NCBI GenBank assembly: GCA_951406725.2
Contig: OX597835.1
Span: forward strand, 3,286,001-3,350,000
Source of the DNA: Octopus vulgaris
Taxonomy: Eukaryota
Length of the DNA: 64,000 nucleotides
Reading direction: 5' to 3'
Below, piece by piece: positions 12,990 to 27,534 of this stretch. The notes below the pieces were generated by a model. The model was not told the origin of the DNA. It did not search any database and was given only the letters and a program-made list of their open reading frames with translations. Each line of letters begins with the position of its first letter. The stretch's first letter is position 1. Made by a program: the position numbers and the translations under genes.

Positions 12990-13094
12990 ATCATTGCCAT
13001 AACATACTCTGTCTATTGCTATTACTTAATCACAAACAGCCGCAATGAATAATTTAAATGTTTACATACTTGTTAGATTCGAACGGTATTTATA
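12990..13094 (-). promoter_or_regulatory. Putative TATA box (TATAAATA, 13087-13094) and short exon 1 of gene copy 1
   Basis: TATAAATACCGTTCGAATCTAACA is shared by the three copies (one substitution in copy 2) and by an older paralogous segment at 19.7/45.9 kb. Candidate donors are TAA|gtaata and ATGTTATG|gcaatg (GT in the other copies). Confidence 0.5.
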
Positions 13095-13297
13095 CAAAGA
13101 GCTCAGTAGACTTTCTCAGGTGCAAAGTTGAAACTGGTTGATGATGGTTGTGTAGTGTTAGTTATTCAGTGGACAGATTTAAACAGTCCTTACTCGAGCT
13201 GTCGTTTCCTCTGGTTTTTCTGAATTTGCAATCCTCACGTCTTTCTTTTTATATTTACACACATATCCGCGCTCGCGCATTCATTTAAAGATACACA

Positions 13298-13344
<47 letters not shown>

Positions 13345-13594
13345 GCATACATTTACGTTTGTGTATGTGTGTGTGTCTGTGTGTGTCTAATCTTTATGCA
13401 CCTTAAAACCATCATAGCATCTGATGTGGCTTTTTCACCCAGACAATGTTTTGAAAAGACACTCACATAGATTACATATCCGATTTGGCCCACCAAGAGC
13501 TGAAGATAAGTTTGTATGTATGTATGTATGTATGGATGGATGGATGGATCATTGGATAGATGGATGTACATGTATATATATATATATGTATACG

Positions 13595-13628
<34 letters not shown>

Positions 13629-13721
13629 CATCCATCCTTACATACATACAAATATTATATATATACGTATGTATATGTATATATATATATAAAGTTAAAA
13701 TTAAAATTAAGTTTAATATAC

Positions 13722-13823
<102 letters not shown>

Positions 13824-14412
13824 CAACACCATGATTTATACGATTTGATTCAATATTTACAAACTCTTGTTACGCAACAGCTGTGTGAAATAGTGAATAG
13901 AAAACATCATTAGAAGCTATATCAAATTTATGTCCCAAGTTACGCCAACGTTCGCCTTGGGAGACGTCAAAATTTTGAATTGAAACACGATAATGCTTAT
14001 ATGTTGCATTTTTACACGCCAATATATAAACAGAAGATACAAATATTACAGGCATCGCCCCCACACACACACTAACTAAGCATAGACGCACATAGGGATA
14101 TACGCATGCGCAAATGAAGACACGGACAATAGAAATACAAAATGGCTGACCGTTAGTAAAGAGGGACACACAAATAAGAAAGAAGAAAGCAAAGGACCAC
14201 TGATGCGGTTACAGGACTGTGACGAAAGAACTTTGGCCGAAATAAGATTATGTTTAATGTAAAAAATAACTAACACTGAAGCAAAGTAACACCAAATATA
14301 TAGTGCGTGTGTTTTTATTATTCGAGAGGGTAAAATGACCATTCCGAAATGCAACAATATCTGTTTCAATACATGATTTCACATAAAAATCTTGCACCAC
14401 ATATATATAAAC

Positions 14413-14413
<1 letters not shown>

Positions 14414-14472
<59 letters not shown>

Positions 14473-14486
14473 TTAATAATAATAAT

Positions 14487-14520
<34 letters not shown>

Positions 14521-14577
14521 TTAATGATAATAATAATAATAATAATGATAATAATAATAATAATAATAATAACATTA

Positions 14578-14635
<58 letters not shown>

Positions 14636-14666
14636 CATTATTATAATAATCATAATAATAATAATC

Positions 14667-14709
<43 letters not shown>

Positions 14710-14732
14710 TAATAATAATAATATTAATACGG

Positions 14733-14783
<51 letters not shown>

Positions 14784-14837
14784 GTAATAATGATGATAAT
14801 AATAATAATAATAATAGTAATAATAAAAATAATAATG

Positions 14838-14899
<62 letters not shown>

Positions 14900-14938
14900 A
14901 AGAAGAAGAAAAGAAGAAGAAGAAGAAGAATATTAATG

Positions 14939-15005
<67 letters not shown>

Positions 15006-15015
15006 TAATAATAAT

Positions 15016-15107
<92 letters not shown>
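14414..15107. repeat. (AAT)n/(GAA)n compound microsatellite
   Basis: Directly visible. Counterpart at ~39770-40405 and 41175-41217. Confidence 0.95.
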
Positions 15108-15476
15108 GGAAGGCGGCTGGACGTGACAGAAGCTGGACGTGTTTTTTTCGCTGCTCTGACCTGGCAGCAGCTAACCCAGCAGGACAACTGAAAAAACATC
15201 TGTAAAAAAACTGGAAGATCTACTGTTTTCTGTGAGTAAGTTGAATTTCCCTCAAAATAAGTTAAGGAACTTCCATATCTACAGCTTAGGACATACAACC
15301 GAACACCTAACAAAACAATTAGAAACATAAACATCTCCAATTTTGTGTGAACATTTTGTCGTCTCTTCTTCCTTGATTATCAGAATATGTAAAATTGCCT
15401 TTTATTGAAACAACACAATTAAATGCACGATAAAAAATTATGGAAGTAAGCACCTGCTAATATATACAAACGATGC

Positions 15477-15515
<39 letters not shown>

Positions 15516-15985
15516 GAAATTTAAAAAATCATCAACGTGAATATCAGATAATATGTGTGTGTGAGTATATATGTACATATACATATGTGTGTGTGAGTAC
15601 ACGTATACATGTGTGTGTGGGTATATATATGCATACATAGTCTTTTTTTCTCTTCCTACCATTAATTACAAATATAACAAGCTGAAAAAAGTAAACAGGT
15701 TTGACCTCTCCTGACCATGAATGTCCTTTGTCCCTTGGGCTATCTCTCCACCATCCGCTGAATCTATTTATAGACCCATAGAGCATGACCTCTTCACCAA
15801 TCACTGCCCCAAACAATGGTAGTAGTGGTGGTGATGGTGATAATGATAAAAACAAAAATAACAATAAGATACTGTTGGTACTACACATAAAACAATATCA
15901 TTGATGATGATGGTGCTGATGGTGATGGTGATGATGATAATAATGATAGTACTTTGCTGATAATCTATCTATCCATCTACACACA

Positions 15986-16029
<44 letters not shown>

Positions 16030-16459
16030 TCAGCCAACACAAACCTCACCTCCGCTCTTTAGATGTTAAGCAAATATGAAAGTATCATCTGACAGGCAAG
16101 AATTCTGGCGTTGAAGACAGCCAGCCAGCCAACCACCCAGCCAGCCAACGAGACAGACAGACACACAACTCAACCCGCTGCCAACGTACTGTGATGGTGA
16201 TAATGATAAAAACAAAAATAACAATAATAAGATACTGCTGTGACTACACATAAAACAATATCATTGATGAAGATGATGATGATGATGATGATGATAGTGA
16301 TGGTTATGATGATAATAATGATAGTAATAATGGTGATAATAATAATTGTGATAATAATGGTGATAATAATAAGCCGGCTTCGGCTGCTATAATGGTACGA
16401 TTATAATTGTAACGGCAATGATGGCCGTCTCCCTCCGAGTCACTCAAAGCTCAAAAATA

Positions 16460-16990
16460 TACCGGATATTGTTGTGAAAGACCAAAACAATAAAGTTTGC
16501 TTATTGATCGACATGACCATCCCCTGTGATCATAATATCTCGGCGAAAGAGTTTGACAAGCTCAGAAAATATAAAGACCTGCTCATTGAAATTGAGAAAA
16601 TGTGGCATCTCAAGGCGGTTACAATACCAGTGATCGTAGGAGCACTAGGAATGATCAAGAAGGGAACCGAAAGTAATATGAGAATGATCCCTGGCTAACC
16701 ATCCCTGCAAGAAGTGCAAAGGATTGTCTTAACTGGTACATCACACGTATTGAGAAGAGCATTGTCGATGTGAGAACTATTACTACCCATGTATTTTAAT
16801 TAAACTTTAAAAAAAATGAACGAGCTAGTGAGTTTAGTTTAATGGACCTACCAATGTATACGATGTGTTTCTTTGCCCTGGGAGTCGGGAAGACACTCGG
16901 CAAGAAATGGAAGCAAATTTGAAAGAAGAAGAAAAAAAAAAGATAGCAATAATAATAATTATAATAGTAAAAATAATAATAATAATAAAT
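16460..16990 (+). mobile_element. Dong/R4-type (RLE) non-LTR retrotransposon 3' fragment
   Basis: PDIVVKD...CLLIDMTIP...KLRKYKDLLIEIEKMW...IPVIVGALG is a PD-(D/E)xK restriction-like endonuclease C-terminus. Ends in an AAT-rich tail. Copy at ~42625-43140. Confidence 0.8.
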
Positions 16991-17449
16991 GCTGGAGTCG
17001 ATTCGTTTGACTAAAATTCTTTGAAGCAATGGTCTAGCATGACTGTAATCTCATGAGTGACAAATTAAAAGACGCTTCAAACAATTGATAACAAACATTA
17101 AGATGTTCATTACGATCATAAAATTCATCCGAAGGTTATGAAGCTTCATTCGATATTGAAGGTAGTGAATATTTTGATTTTGCAGGAAGTTTTGTTTGAA
17201 ATATTTAAGATGTAGCACATAATTGTAACTTAAAGGAGTGTAAAATATGTACTTGGCATGATTTGTAAGCGCAAATCAAAGCTTTTCATTTCATTCTTGC
17301 TTTTGTGATCCCTATAATATTATATTTCTTTTTACTGATTTTCTGCTTGTTTCAGTCATTGAAATATATAGCACTAATCTCTAGCCTAAAGGTTTTTTAT
17401 ACGCTTCTTAACAACCGATTTGTATTAACCAAACAGCAAGAGTAGAAAT

Positions 17450-17790
17450 GCTGGATTTCATCCAAAATTTACAGACTACAATGAGGCACATCCTCCAAAC
17501 ACAATCGAAGAATTCTCAAGGGAAAATTTGAAAAACTTGGTGTGGCTATTAAAATTCACAACAGAACCTGCGTAAAATGTGGAAGGGTTTACCTCTCAGT
17601 TGGAGGCCTAAAAAGACATGCTAAGAGAGTGCATCTGGTGGCACCTGTTTCTCCTGCCGGCCAGCACAGTTGTCCAGTAAGTAATTAAATGTGTAAAAGC
17701 TTGACTAGGCTTAAAACTCATATAAGGGCATCACATGACAACAATAATGAATCATTTCAGTAAATCTTCTTGCCCATGGCTTTACTCGTG
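17450..17790 (+). mobile_element. Decayed fragment with two C2H2 zinc-finger remnants, probably a LINE (RTE-like) ORF C-terminus
   Basis: CVKCGRVYLSVGGLKRHAKRVH then CPVSN*MCKSLTRLKTHIRASH (second finger broken by a stop). Copy at ~43600-43940. Confidence 0.5.
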
Positions 17791-18400
17791 TAACGAGGAT
17801 GCAGCTGTGATATATGTATATGTATATATGTGTGTGTGTGTGTGTGTGTGTACATTTCTGTTATTTCGGCCACTAGTCATTTCCCCAACTGCTGCCAACG
17901 AATCTAATCAACACACAAGACAGCTATTATGATCCACCTCACAAAAACCCATCACGTGGACTCTGTTGAGACTCGTAAGAAACAATTATAAACTTTTTTT
18001 TATTACACTTAACTTTTAAAAATATTTTTGATAAGGTTCGTTTTTTCAAGAAAAACCGAAACTTGAAAAATTTCTTAGAAAATTAAAATTTATCTTATAT
18101 AGTGGCGATTTCAAACTTCTTTTTTATAAATATATACCCACTCGTATACCACCCTCACCTATTATAAATATACATATAGTAAAGGTTGTTGGCCAACATA
18201 AAGTGTCAGCTGAATGTTACTATTGTTTAGCCCCAGGAAACATCGTCTTCTGGAGCTGAATAAGATTAACATTCGACTGCTGTGTTTTGTTGGCAATTAA
18301 CCTTTATTCTAGAGTACTCTTAGGGAATATCTACTGTTGATAGTTTTACAAATAGGAATTTTCCATTTTATGTACGTATGTATCTCTCTCTCTCTCTCTC

Positions 18401-18435
<35 letters not shown>

Positions 18436-19149
18436 ACAGCACGATTTATGCGATGTTAGTTTTGTTAGTTCATGTAGTTCGTGTAGTTCATGTACCTGGA
18501 CAGCTGTGAGAAATATTAATAAAAAAAATTGTAAGTTTAAGCAATATCAAATTTATGTCCTCCGTTACGTCAATGTTCTTCAGTGGGGACATGAATCTTC
18601 TGAATAAAAAAACGACAATGTCTATAAGCTGTTTTTTACACGCCGACGTATACTGATCCCAGAAAATCGCTGCTTCCAAATTGTTGCTTAAATACATGTT
18701 ATTCCTGCTCTAGCAGACACATTATCGAAGACATTAAAAACTAATTGCAGAAATAGTTATAAGTTCTAATGCAAATATATAATTGAGGTAGGAATAAAAT
18801 TTCAGAAGTATTTTCATTATTGTTTCTTGATAAAGTGGGAAAAGGACAACATTTTTGGAGAACTTACGACAAATATAACGCTGTAATATCCAACAGTAAT
18901 ATTTTCAATTGTTTCTTAGCAACTGATATGCATTAACCAAAAAACCAAAACTAGAAAAGCTGGAGTGCATCCAAAGAGTAAAGACTAAAATAATGCATAT
19001 TCTGCAAATAAAATGGATGGGATGTAAAACGAGAATTTGTAAATCCTTAAGGGTATTCTCGCTTTTTGAGGTTCTTCGGCTGTACGCATGCGCACAGGCA
19101 ACAAACAAATGAAGCTTATACAGACTCGTTCTACATCTCATCTACTTAT

Positions 19150-19630
<481 letters not shown>

Positions 19631-19634
19631 CAAA

Positions 19635-19810
19635 CAACATCATTACCATAACATATTCTGTATATTGTTATTACTAATTTACATACAGCCACAATGAATA
19701 ATGTGTTAGATTCGAACGGTATTTATATAAAGAGTTCGGTGAAATTCCCTTGTGCAAAATTCAGACACGTTGGTGATGGTCATATAGGTGATGTTATCAA
19801 GAGAACTGTT
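19635..19810 (-). other. Older diverged paralog of the peptide-gene promoter/exon 1
   Basis: TATAAATACCGTTCGAATCTAACA...cattgtggctgt...gtaata...ATGTTATGgtaatg aligns to 12990-13180. Copy at ~45790-45970. Confidence 0.6.
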
Positions 19811-19841
19811 GCAACATTTCTTTGCCCATAGCTTTCATATT

Positions 19842-19917
<76 letters not shown>

Positions 19918-19928
19918 ATATATATATG

Positions 19929-19997
<69 letters not shown>

Positions 19998-20000
<3 letters not shown>

Positions 20001-20297
20001 GAGGCGCAATGGCCTACTGGTTAGGGCAGCGTACTCGCGGTCGTAGGATCGCGGTTTCGATTCCCAGACCGGGCGTTGTGAGTGCTTATTGAGCGAAAAC
20101 ACCTAAAAGCTCCACGATGCTCCGGGAGGGGGGGTGATCCCTGCTGTACTCTTTCACCACTCTTTCTTCTGTTGGCCTGCTCGCTTAGCCAGCGGGGTCG
20201 CGTCATTCGAAGGCTAAAACAATGCGAACGCATTGTGACCAGCGATGTGTAACTACATCTGACGGACTGGACGGTCACGTGATGATGATGATGATGG
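19998..20297 (+). mobile_element. tRNA-derived SINE
   Basis: ggaggcgcaatggcctactggttagggcagcg...ggtttcgattcccagaccgggc (A and B boxes), ending in (gat)n. Copy at ~49523-49825; related partial copy on the minus strand at ~21480-21715. Confidence 0.8.
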
Positions 20298-20434
20298 TGA
20301 TATATATATATATATATATATATATTGAAATCTGGTCGATTGCAACTTCGAAGCCACAGCATCCCGGAGTCTTGGGTTTTATTTTTCAAAAGAAACAAGT
20401 ACAGTACGAACCGTTCAAAATCTAAGGTTTATTC

Positions 20435-20720
20435 CAGGGGTTCTCAAACGGGGTTTAAATAAGATTTTTGGGGGTCTACGGTAAATTTTCATGGGCCATG
20501 AAAAAATGCTTGAGACCAGTAAAGCTTTTGTGCAATGAATTGGTTTATACGTCCAGAATACAAAAAATATTTTAATAATTTTTACACGAGTCCTAATAAT
20601 ATTTAATTATAAAATTACAGTAAGATTTTTAAAACGTGAAATGGCTACGGAGACCCCCAACCCGCCCAAGTAAAATAGGAATGAAAGGGGTTCATAGATA
20701 AAAAGTGATGAGAACCCTTG
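20435..20720. mobile_element. hAT-type MITE
   Basis: Imperfect TIRs CAGGGGTTCTCA...TGAGAACCCTTG with an 8-bp TSD gtttattc/ttttattc (one mismatch). Copy at ~49997-50282. Confidence 0.7.
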
Positions 20721-21032
20721 TTTTATTCATAGAAGCAAAGGAAAAACATGATAAGGGACCACTGAATGATTTCAAAGAATTTATTTCATAAAATTTATAT
20801 CATCTTGTAAACTGATTTATTGAGAACATATGACATGAAAAGGTTAACCCTTTTGTCACGAGATTTCTGTAGAAATACATGGTTTTTATTTCGTTTAATT
20901 TTGAAAATGATTAATAATTTAGTGAAATAACTGTCTTGGAATGTTTTCAGTGACCAAGGACCATCATGAACTCTCAACTGATATTTGCAACATGAACTAG
21001 CATAAAACTTTGAAGGAAAGTTTTAATTAAGA

Positions 21033-21336
21033 CTATCAGTATCGCCCGGCGTTGCTCGGGTTTGTAAGGGAAATAACTATATAAGCATGTTTAGAGAGTT
21101 ACTTCCCTTATATAATAGCAAAACAATGCACTAAAAATGGGAAAAAATTATGGTAAATTTTCTTTTTAGATCGTAGACTCATCGTAGACGCGCGTTAATA
21201 CCCAGAAGGGCTCGATATGAATCACGACTATAAGATACCCGCTTTTGGTTAAACTGCACCGCAAAATGTGGGAGTAGTTAGGAATCTAAATCGTAGGAGA
21301 CAGACACTCACACAACTTCACTTTTATATATAAAGA
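21033..21336 (-). mobile_element. Non-autonomous Helitron-like element
   Basis: Minus strand begins A|TCTTTATATATAAAAG and ends with hairpin CCCGAGCAACGCCGGG followed by ...ATAG|T (CTAG-like), no TSD. Copy at ~50583-50886. Confidence 0.65.
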
Positions 21337-22494
21337 TTACTTTTAACCCTTTTGTTAGCATATTTCTGCACAACTAGTGTACTTTGGTTTCATTAAATTT
21401 TGAAAAAATGAAGTTTATAAAATAACTTTGTCCTTTCTAAGTCTGTGTTTGGAATACAAATTCACAGGAAATTTCAATGGAAGTATAGGTTCCCCACCTG
21501 GACGGAACGCCAGTCCGTCGCAGGTGAGCTGCAAGATACAGGAAGAAAGAGTGAGAGAAATTTGTGGCGAAAGAGTCAGCAGAGGTTCGCCATTACCTTC
21601 TGCCGGAGCAGCGTGAAGCTTAGGTGTTTTCACTCATAAACACACACATCGCCCGGTCTGAGATTCGAATCCGCGATCCTTCGACCACGAGTCCGCTGCT
21701 CTAACCACTAGGCTAGAATTAGTTGTTATTAAGTGTAATAAAAATAAGTGAAATAGAACAAGTATGTGTATGTTTTAGTTTCTGGCAAAATGATTGCCCA
21801 TGCCCACCACCACTCAATATCTGTTTCTACCCAGGATTTTACACCCAGAAAAGCTGCAAGTGTGTCTATGTGGTAGAAATTTGCTTCCCAGTCACAGAGT
21901 TTCAGGTTCATCACTATAGAAAATGGGTTATTAGCTAATATTCAATTGGGTATACAACAAAATTTTACTATAGAATTTGTTATTCTGGGTAACTTTCTGA
22001 TACCCATAATAATATTTATGGCAAAATAGTCTTAATTTCATTTAAGGTTATGGGAAACCACAAACTATCCTTTCTTTCGCTTTGTTTACATTTTGCATAA
22101 AGGCGCAGTCTTCTCTCTTGCACACAGCATTGTATTTCTTCTTATGCCCAACTTTTCCCTCAAAATACTAGTGTTGTGTTTCACTTGTACTCTGACATTG
22201 CACATCCAGCTGAGCATGTTAGGTTTATTCCTCTCTAGCCTTCACATGTCTTCTGCATTTAGGACCCACATCTTACTACCCACTGTGTATGTATGTGTGT
22301 GTGTGTTACTATCTCTTTGCTTGGGCCTTTGCATGATTTCTGGTCTTTGGGAAACAAGTGAGGGTGTCTGGCTGAAGGGAATCTGCCACAACAAAATTCC
22401 ATCTAATCCATGGCTCCATGGAAAAATGGATGTTAAACTGATGATGATGATGATAATGGGGAATCTTGCAAAGCAAATGCTAAAATAAGACTAT

Positions 22495-22652
22495 ATGTGG
22501 TAAGTAGCTTGATTACGAACCACATGATTCCGGGTTCAGTCCCGCTGCATGGCAACTTGGGCAAGTATCTTCTACTATAACATCGGGCCAACCAAAGCCT
22601 TGTGAGTGGATTGGGTAGATGGAAACTGAAAGAAGCCCGTCGTATATATATT

Positions 22653-22689
<37 letters not shown>

Positions 22690-22895
22690 TTGTGTGTCTG
22701 TGTATGTCCCCCTCCCCAACGTCACTTGACAACCGATGCTGGTGTGTTTACGTCCCTGTAACTTAGCAGTACAGCAAAAGAGACCGATAGAATAAGTACT
22801 AGGCTTAGAAAGAATAAGTCCTAGGGTCGATTTGATCGACTAAATGTGGTGCTCCAGCATGGCCACAGGCAAATGATGGAAACTAGTAAAAGAAT
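22495..22895 (+). mobile_element. tRNA-derived SINE (same family as 19150-19630)
   Basis: gtggtaagtagcttg...ccgggttcagtccc...ggtgctccagcatggccacagg...gaaactagtaaaagaat. Copy at ~52035-52490. Confidence 0.8.
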
Positions 22896-23149
22896 ATATA
22901 CGTATATATATATATTTATAACGTGTGTGTGTGTTTCCATATGGCTTTGCATTTTCATGACTTCTGCAATCTTTCATCTTTTATATGTTTCAGACTTGCG
23001 GCTGTGGCCATGCTGGGGTACCCTATACTTACTTTTTTTTTATTTCCTTATGTCCTTCATAAGTAAAATAGTAGCATCAAGAAGAGAAGCCAAGCTAGGA
23101 TTGTCGTCGTCGTCGTCATTATTATTATTAATATTATTATTATTATTCA

Positions 23150-24493
23150 GTAGTTTTATTTTTATAGCGTGCCCTCACTTCACAACCGAGCGTAGCTCTG
23201 TGTGCCTTGGGTATGTGATGTGATTTCTTGTGATACTCTGATGGTTACTGTATGGAGAGTGTTCTGCGAAGGATGTGTGCAGTGCCTAGTAGTGCAATTT
23301 TCTGTATGTTATATGTGTTTCTAAGTCCTGGTGTATTTGTTATGCATTTGCCTGAATATTTTTTATTATGCCTAATGCACCTACTATGATAGGAATTGTT
23401 TCTGTTTTTAGATTCCACATTCTGGTTACCTATATTTCCAGGTCTTTGTATTTTGAAAGTTTTTCCATTTCTTTTAGAGACACGTTGTCGCCTCCTCGTA
23501 TTGATACATCAATTAGAAAGCATTTTCTTTTTCTTCATGATCTCTGACAACTATATCTGGTCTGTTGGCCTTGATTTCTCTATCTGTGTGTATTGGCATA
23601 TCCCAGAGGATGGTTGCTTTCACATTTTCTCTGACTTTTTCTGGTGTGTGCCTATACCATCTTTTTTCTGTTGTTATTCCATAATGTTGGCATAGCTTCC
23701 AGTGTATGTAGGTCCCAACTCTGTCGTGTCTGTGAATATATTCCTTCTTAGCCAGGACTGGGCAGCCAGATATAATATGATTTATTGTTTCTTGTCCATC
23801 TCCACATATTCTGCAGTTACTTGTTATATTTCTTTTCTGGTGGGGAGGCTTTGGTCTTGTGCTGATATTAAAAATCCCTGTCTCTGCTTTGAGTCCTGAG
23901 CTTCTCAACCATTGCTGTGATATTTCTTTGTCTATTTATTTTGCGTTTAGTTTAGTCCAGTATTTACCATGAAGGGGTTTTTCTTGCCATCGTTTTATCA
24001 TGGTTCGTTGCTGTTCTAGTTTTAGTTTGGATTTCATTTGTTTTATAGTTTTGTTGTTTCTTCTTCTTCTTCTTCTTCTTCTTCTTCTTCTTCTTCTTCT
24101 TCTTCTTCTTCTTCTTCTTCTTCGTTAGGTGGTATGATTTCTTTTTTGTACTTGTAAGCTACCTGAAATACTGAGAACAGTTTTTTGTTTTGCTCGTGTT
24201 TTGCCGCTATTTGTATCAGTTTTCCTTCCTTCTGAAGTAGATATTTTTTCAGTCCTATGGTGGTTATTTTATAGTAGTTTTCCAGCTGTATAAGGCCTCT
24301 ACCACCTTCTATACGTTGTATATATTGTATATATAGCCTTTCTATGTCAGATTTTGGATGATGCATCCTAGATCCTGTCATTATGTTTCTTGTTTTCCTA
24401 TCCATTTTGGTCAGTTCATTTAGTGTCCAGTTAAGGATATTGTAGCTGTAAATTATAACTGGGACGGCTAAAGTGTTAATACCTATTAAATTG

Positions 24494-24495
<2 letters not shown>
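23150..24495 (-). mobile_element. Dong/R4-type RLE LINE, 5'-truncated, frameshifted
   Basis: HPKSDIERLY...GGRGL, CRICG..ETINHIISGC (CCHC knuckle), RHD, RPDIVV (RLE). Flanked by (TTA)n tracts. Copy at ~53134-54545. Confidence 0.85.
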
Positions 24496-24570
<75 letters not shown>

Positions 24571-24572
24571 GA

Positions 24573-24653
<81 letters not shown>

Positions 24654-25079
24654 GTTATTGTTATTATTTTTTCCACACAGAATCATTTTTCTCTTCAGAA
24701 TGTCGAAGGTAGTACTAGCCTACATTGTTTACAGGTTGCGTTACTAACTCATAGCGACCTGACTAGAATTTATATATTTTTCACTGTGTGTAGTTCAGTT
24801 CCTTTCCGACATTCTTACGAGCGTTCGTAACCTCGTTACCACTGTTATTACAACACCGTTATACAGCGGGAGATATTCTCGTCGCCACTGATATGTCCTA
24901 CATTATGACAACGTATTCCGCCGCCTGCGTGACTGGCCCGTACGGCGTACCTCGCCGACTGACACTGCTTGCTGTGTCTGTCCACCATTTATCAGTAGTG
25001 GAACAGCCCACTTCTCACTTGGAGGTGTCCGCCACAACATGTATATACAATGAACTATCAACGAAAACTCATAGACACA

Positions 25080-26505
25080 CGCGACATAATAATCCAACTG
25101 TTTCTTCCAATCCTTTACAACACACTCGATCAAATAAGCAAAACAACAGATATAGGAATCAAGATGTCCTCTGGTTCAACTCGATCTTCTGTTTGCATGT
25201 TTCAACCAAGATCGCTGGAAAACTTTTGGACAAAGGTTTTCCTAAATCTAATCGGTATCATGCTATTTTTAATAGGCTTACCGTGAAGGTCTCCTACGCT
25301 AACTCTGCTAATTTTGAGTAGCTTATGCATCGTATGAACAGCAAAATGCGACGAAGGTTCAATAACCCAACTACTGGATCTAGCGAGCATACGCATCTGA
25401 ATACTAACAAAGGAGATCTAAACCGCAATGAAAAACACACCAGTTATAGTCAATGGTAGAAACACTTATGATAGAGCTAACACGGTAACAACGTCGATAA
25501 ATGGAGTCGGGACTGCCTTATATACAATTAAAAATGCGATAAATGCTCATGCAGAGAAAAATCAAAATGTCCATTGATGAAACTTTGTATGAGTACAAAT
25601 CTTGTATATAAATGTACCATGCTTACAAGGAGATGGCCGCATGTTTACATTGAGCAGACGGCTGCTTCATTTATCGTAATCTTGTTGCCATCTTTAAGAC
25701 AATCAATAAGACATCCTATATATTTGGCTGATTTTGTATGGCGACTGAAGGAGGCTAAAATGAAGTACAGCATATGCTGGTCCATGGTAAGGTACGCGAA
25801 ACCATACAATATAATTTCCAGAAGATGCCGTCTCTGCTCCTACAAATCTCTGTCTAATTTGTGGACTAATGACAAGACAATTAACAGACTTTCTGAAATA
25901 CTCTCGAGATGCCTAGACGCATAGGAATGTATTTTCGCAGAATGCAGGGGGAATGAACTTTGAGTAACTGCTAACAGAATTTATTTGAAGGTATGGATGA
26001 CTTAAGTCTACTTTTAACATCTCCATACTTACAAACACACAGTAGATAGTTAACTCGCTTTGTAATCATGAGCGCACCAAACCTCACGTGTACGTATGCT
26101 CACATTTCCGCGGATGCTTGTATGATCGAGTGTACTCGCACCATGCAGCTTGTCCGAGGACGGTAATACATCAATATATATTAACGGTTATTTCTAATAA
26201 TTTACTCGCTGTATTGCCTGTTCATTTCTCTTTTTTTTTTATCTGTAATTTCATTTTTCAACTTCTATGTAAATGAAGATATTTCCTCCACCTGGCTACT
26301 TTTCTTTCTACAAAACGAGACGTTATATTGCGGAATTGTTCTTTAACGAGTTGTAACTATTTATCACCCGATGAGACACATCTGCACCACCGGATGCTTC
26401 TGAACCAGTTTTTGAGTGTCCCACCCCTCAGGGTTCGATGGTAGATGTATGGAAACAATTGTCGTGATTAATAAATTCTCGTATATTCTATTTTTCCGTC
26501 TTTCA
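25080..26505 (+). mobile_element. Penelope-like element 3' fragment (degenerate)
   Basis: VLWFN...FPKSNRYHAIFNRLTVKVSYAN, CPL..LC..TNLVYKCT, VWRLKEAKMKYSICWS...PYNIISRRCRLC. Ends with a hammerhead. A truncated copy at ~55130-55782 marks the end of unit B. Confidence 0.75.
26362..26469 (+). ncRNA. Type I hammerhead ribozyme (core variant CCGATGA)
   Basis: atcac-CCGATGA-[stem II acatctgc...gtagatgt]-GAAAC-aatt-GTC-gtgat. Palindromic stem III ACAATTGT, stem I atcac/gtgat. Confidence 0.7.
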
Positions 26506-26552
26506 GTTACCATATGTGTGTGTGTTGGCGTATACATATATATATATATGTA

Positions 26553-26597
<45 letters not shown>

Positions 26598-26702
26598 GCA
26601 TACATATATATATATATATGCATATATGTATTTATGTATGTATGTATGTATGTATGTATGTGTGTGTGTCTATATATGCATGTATGTAGGTATATATGTA
26701 TG

Positions 26703-26736
<34 letters not shown>

Positions 26737-27534
26737 CGTATGTGTATGTATGTATGTATCTATGTATGTATAGGTATAACAGAAAGAAATGTAATTCCAC
26801 GCAGGAAACTATATAGGAAGATTTCATTTCGGGTTTGAAAAGGCAAATGCATCTGAAAACTTGTGGTCGTTTTCAAATTTCGTATTAGATTTATCGAAAT
26901 ATCAAACTGCTTTCCACAGTTTTTTGCTCATCAATTGTACCAATAAATATACAAAATGTTTAGTAGAGTTTAAAGTTAGAAAGTAAAATTCGGAAAAACA
27001 CGTTTCAACGAACAATGTGGTACACAAGCGATGATATTCGATGAAGATCCTAAAAATGCACATTATTTAAACTTCAGTCATATTGAGTTTATATTTTTAA
27101 AATATGTTGGGAAGGAAGTGAAAAAAATGGAGGGAGCGAAAAATGGTTGGTTAATGTTGACATTTTTACCCGGAAATTAAATCGAAACAAAAATAGTGCA
27201 ACTTATGTAAACAAAAAAGGCTTAGGAAACGAATATGAATCCCAAAATGCCCGGAAAGCAACGTTGGTGGGCAGAGGCCTCCGGAAAATCCCCAAAATCC
27301 GATGTTTTTCCCTCATAACGTTTTGGAAAGTGGGGTTTTTGAATGAAATTTTATACCTTTCAAACGGTATAGATTACGATTATAAAGAAATTTGTGAGGG
27401 TGGAGAGAGAAATTTGGAAAATTCATAAGATCCGATGTTTTTCCCTCGTAACTTTGAGGAAGATATAATCCTTTTGGAATCACAAATTATGCTTTTTTTC
27501 GCTAACTTAAATGCTAAACATCCCTTTGAAGGGT

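Noticed and set aside
15017-15340. ORF with signal-like start MFMFLIVLLGVRLYVLSC and a CC motif
   Set aside because: Runs into a (TAT)n microsatellite; no Cys framework or splice logic links it to the family.
17570-17740. Host C2H2 zinc-finger gene exon
   Set aside because: No TGEKP linker, an in-frame stop and a broken second finger; the spacing resembles LINE C-terminal fingers.
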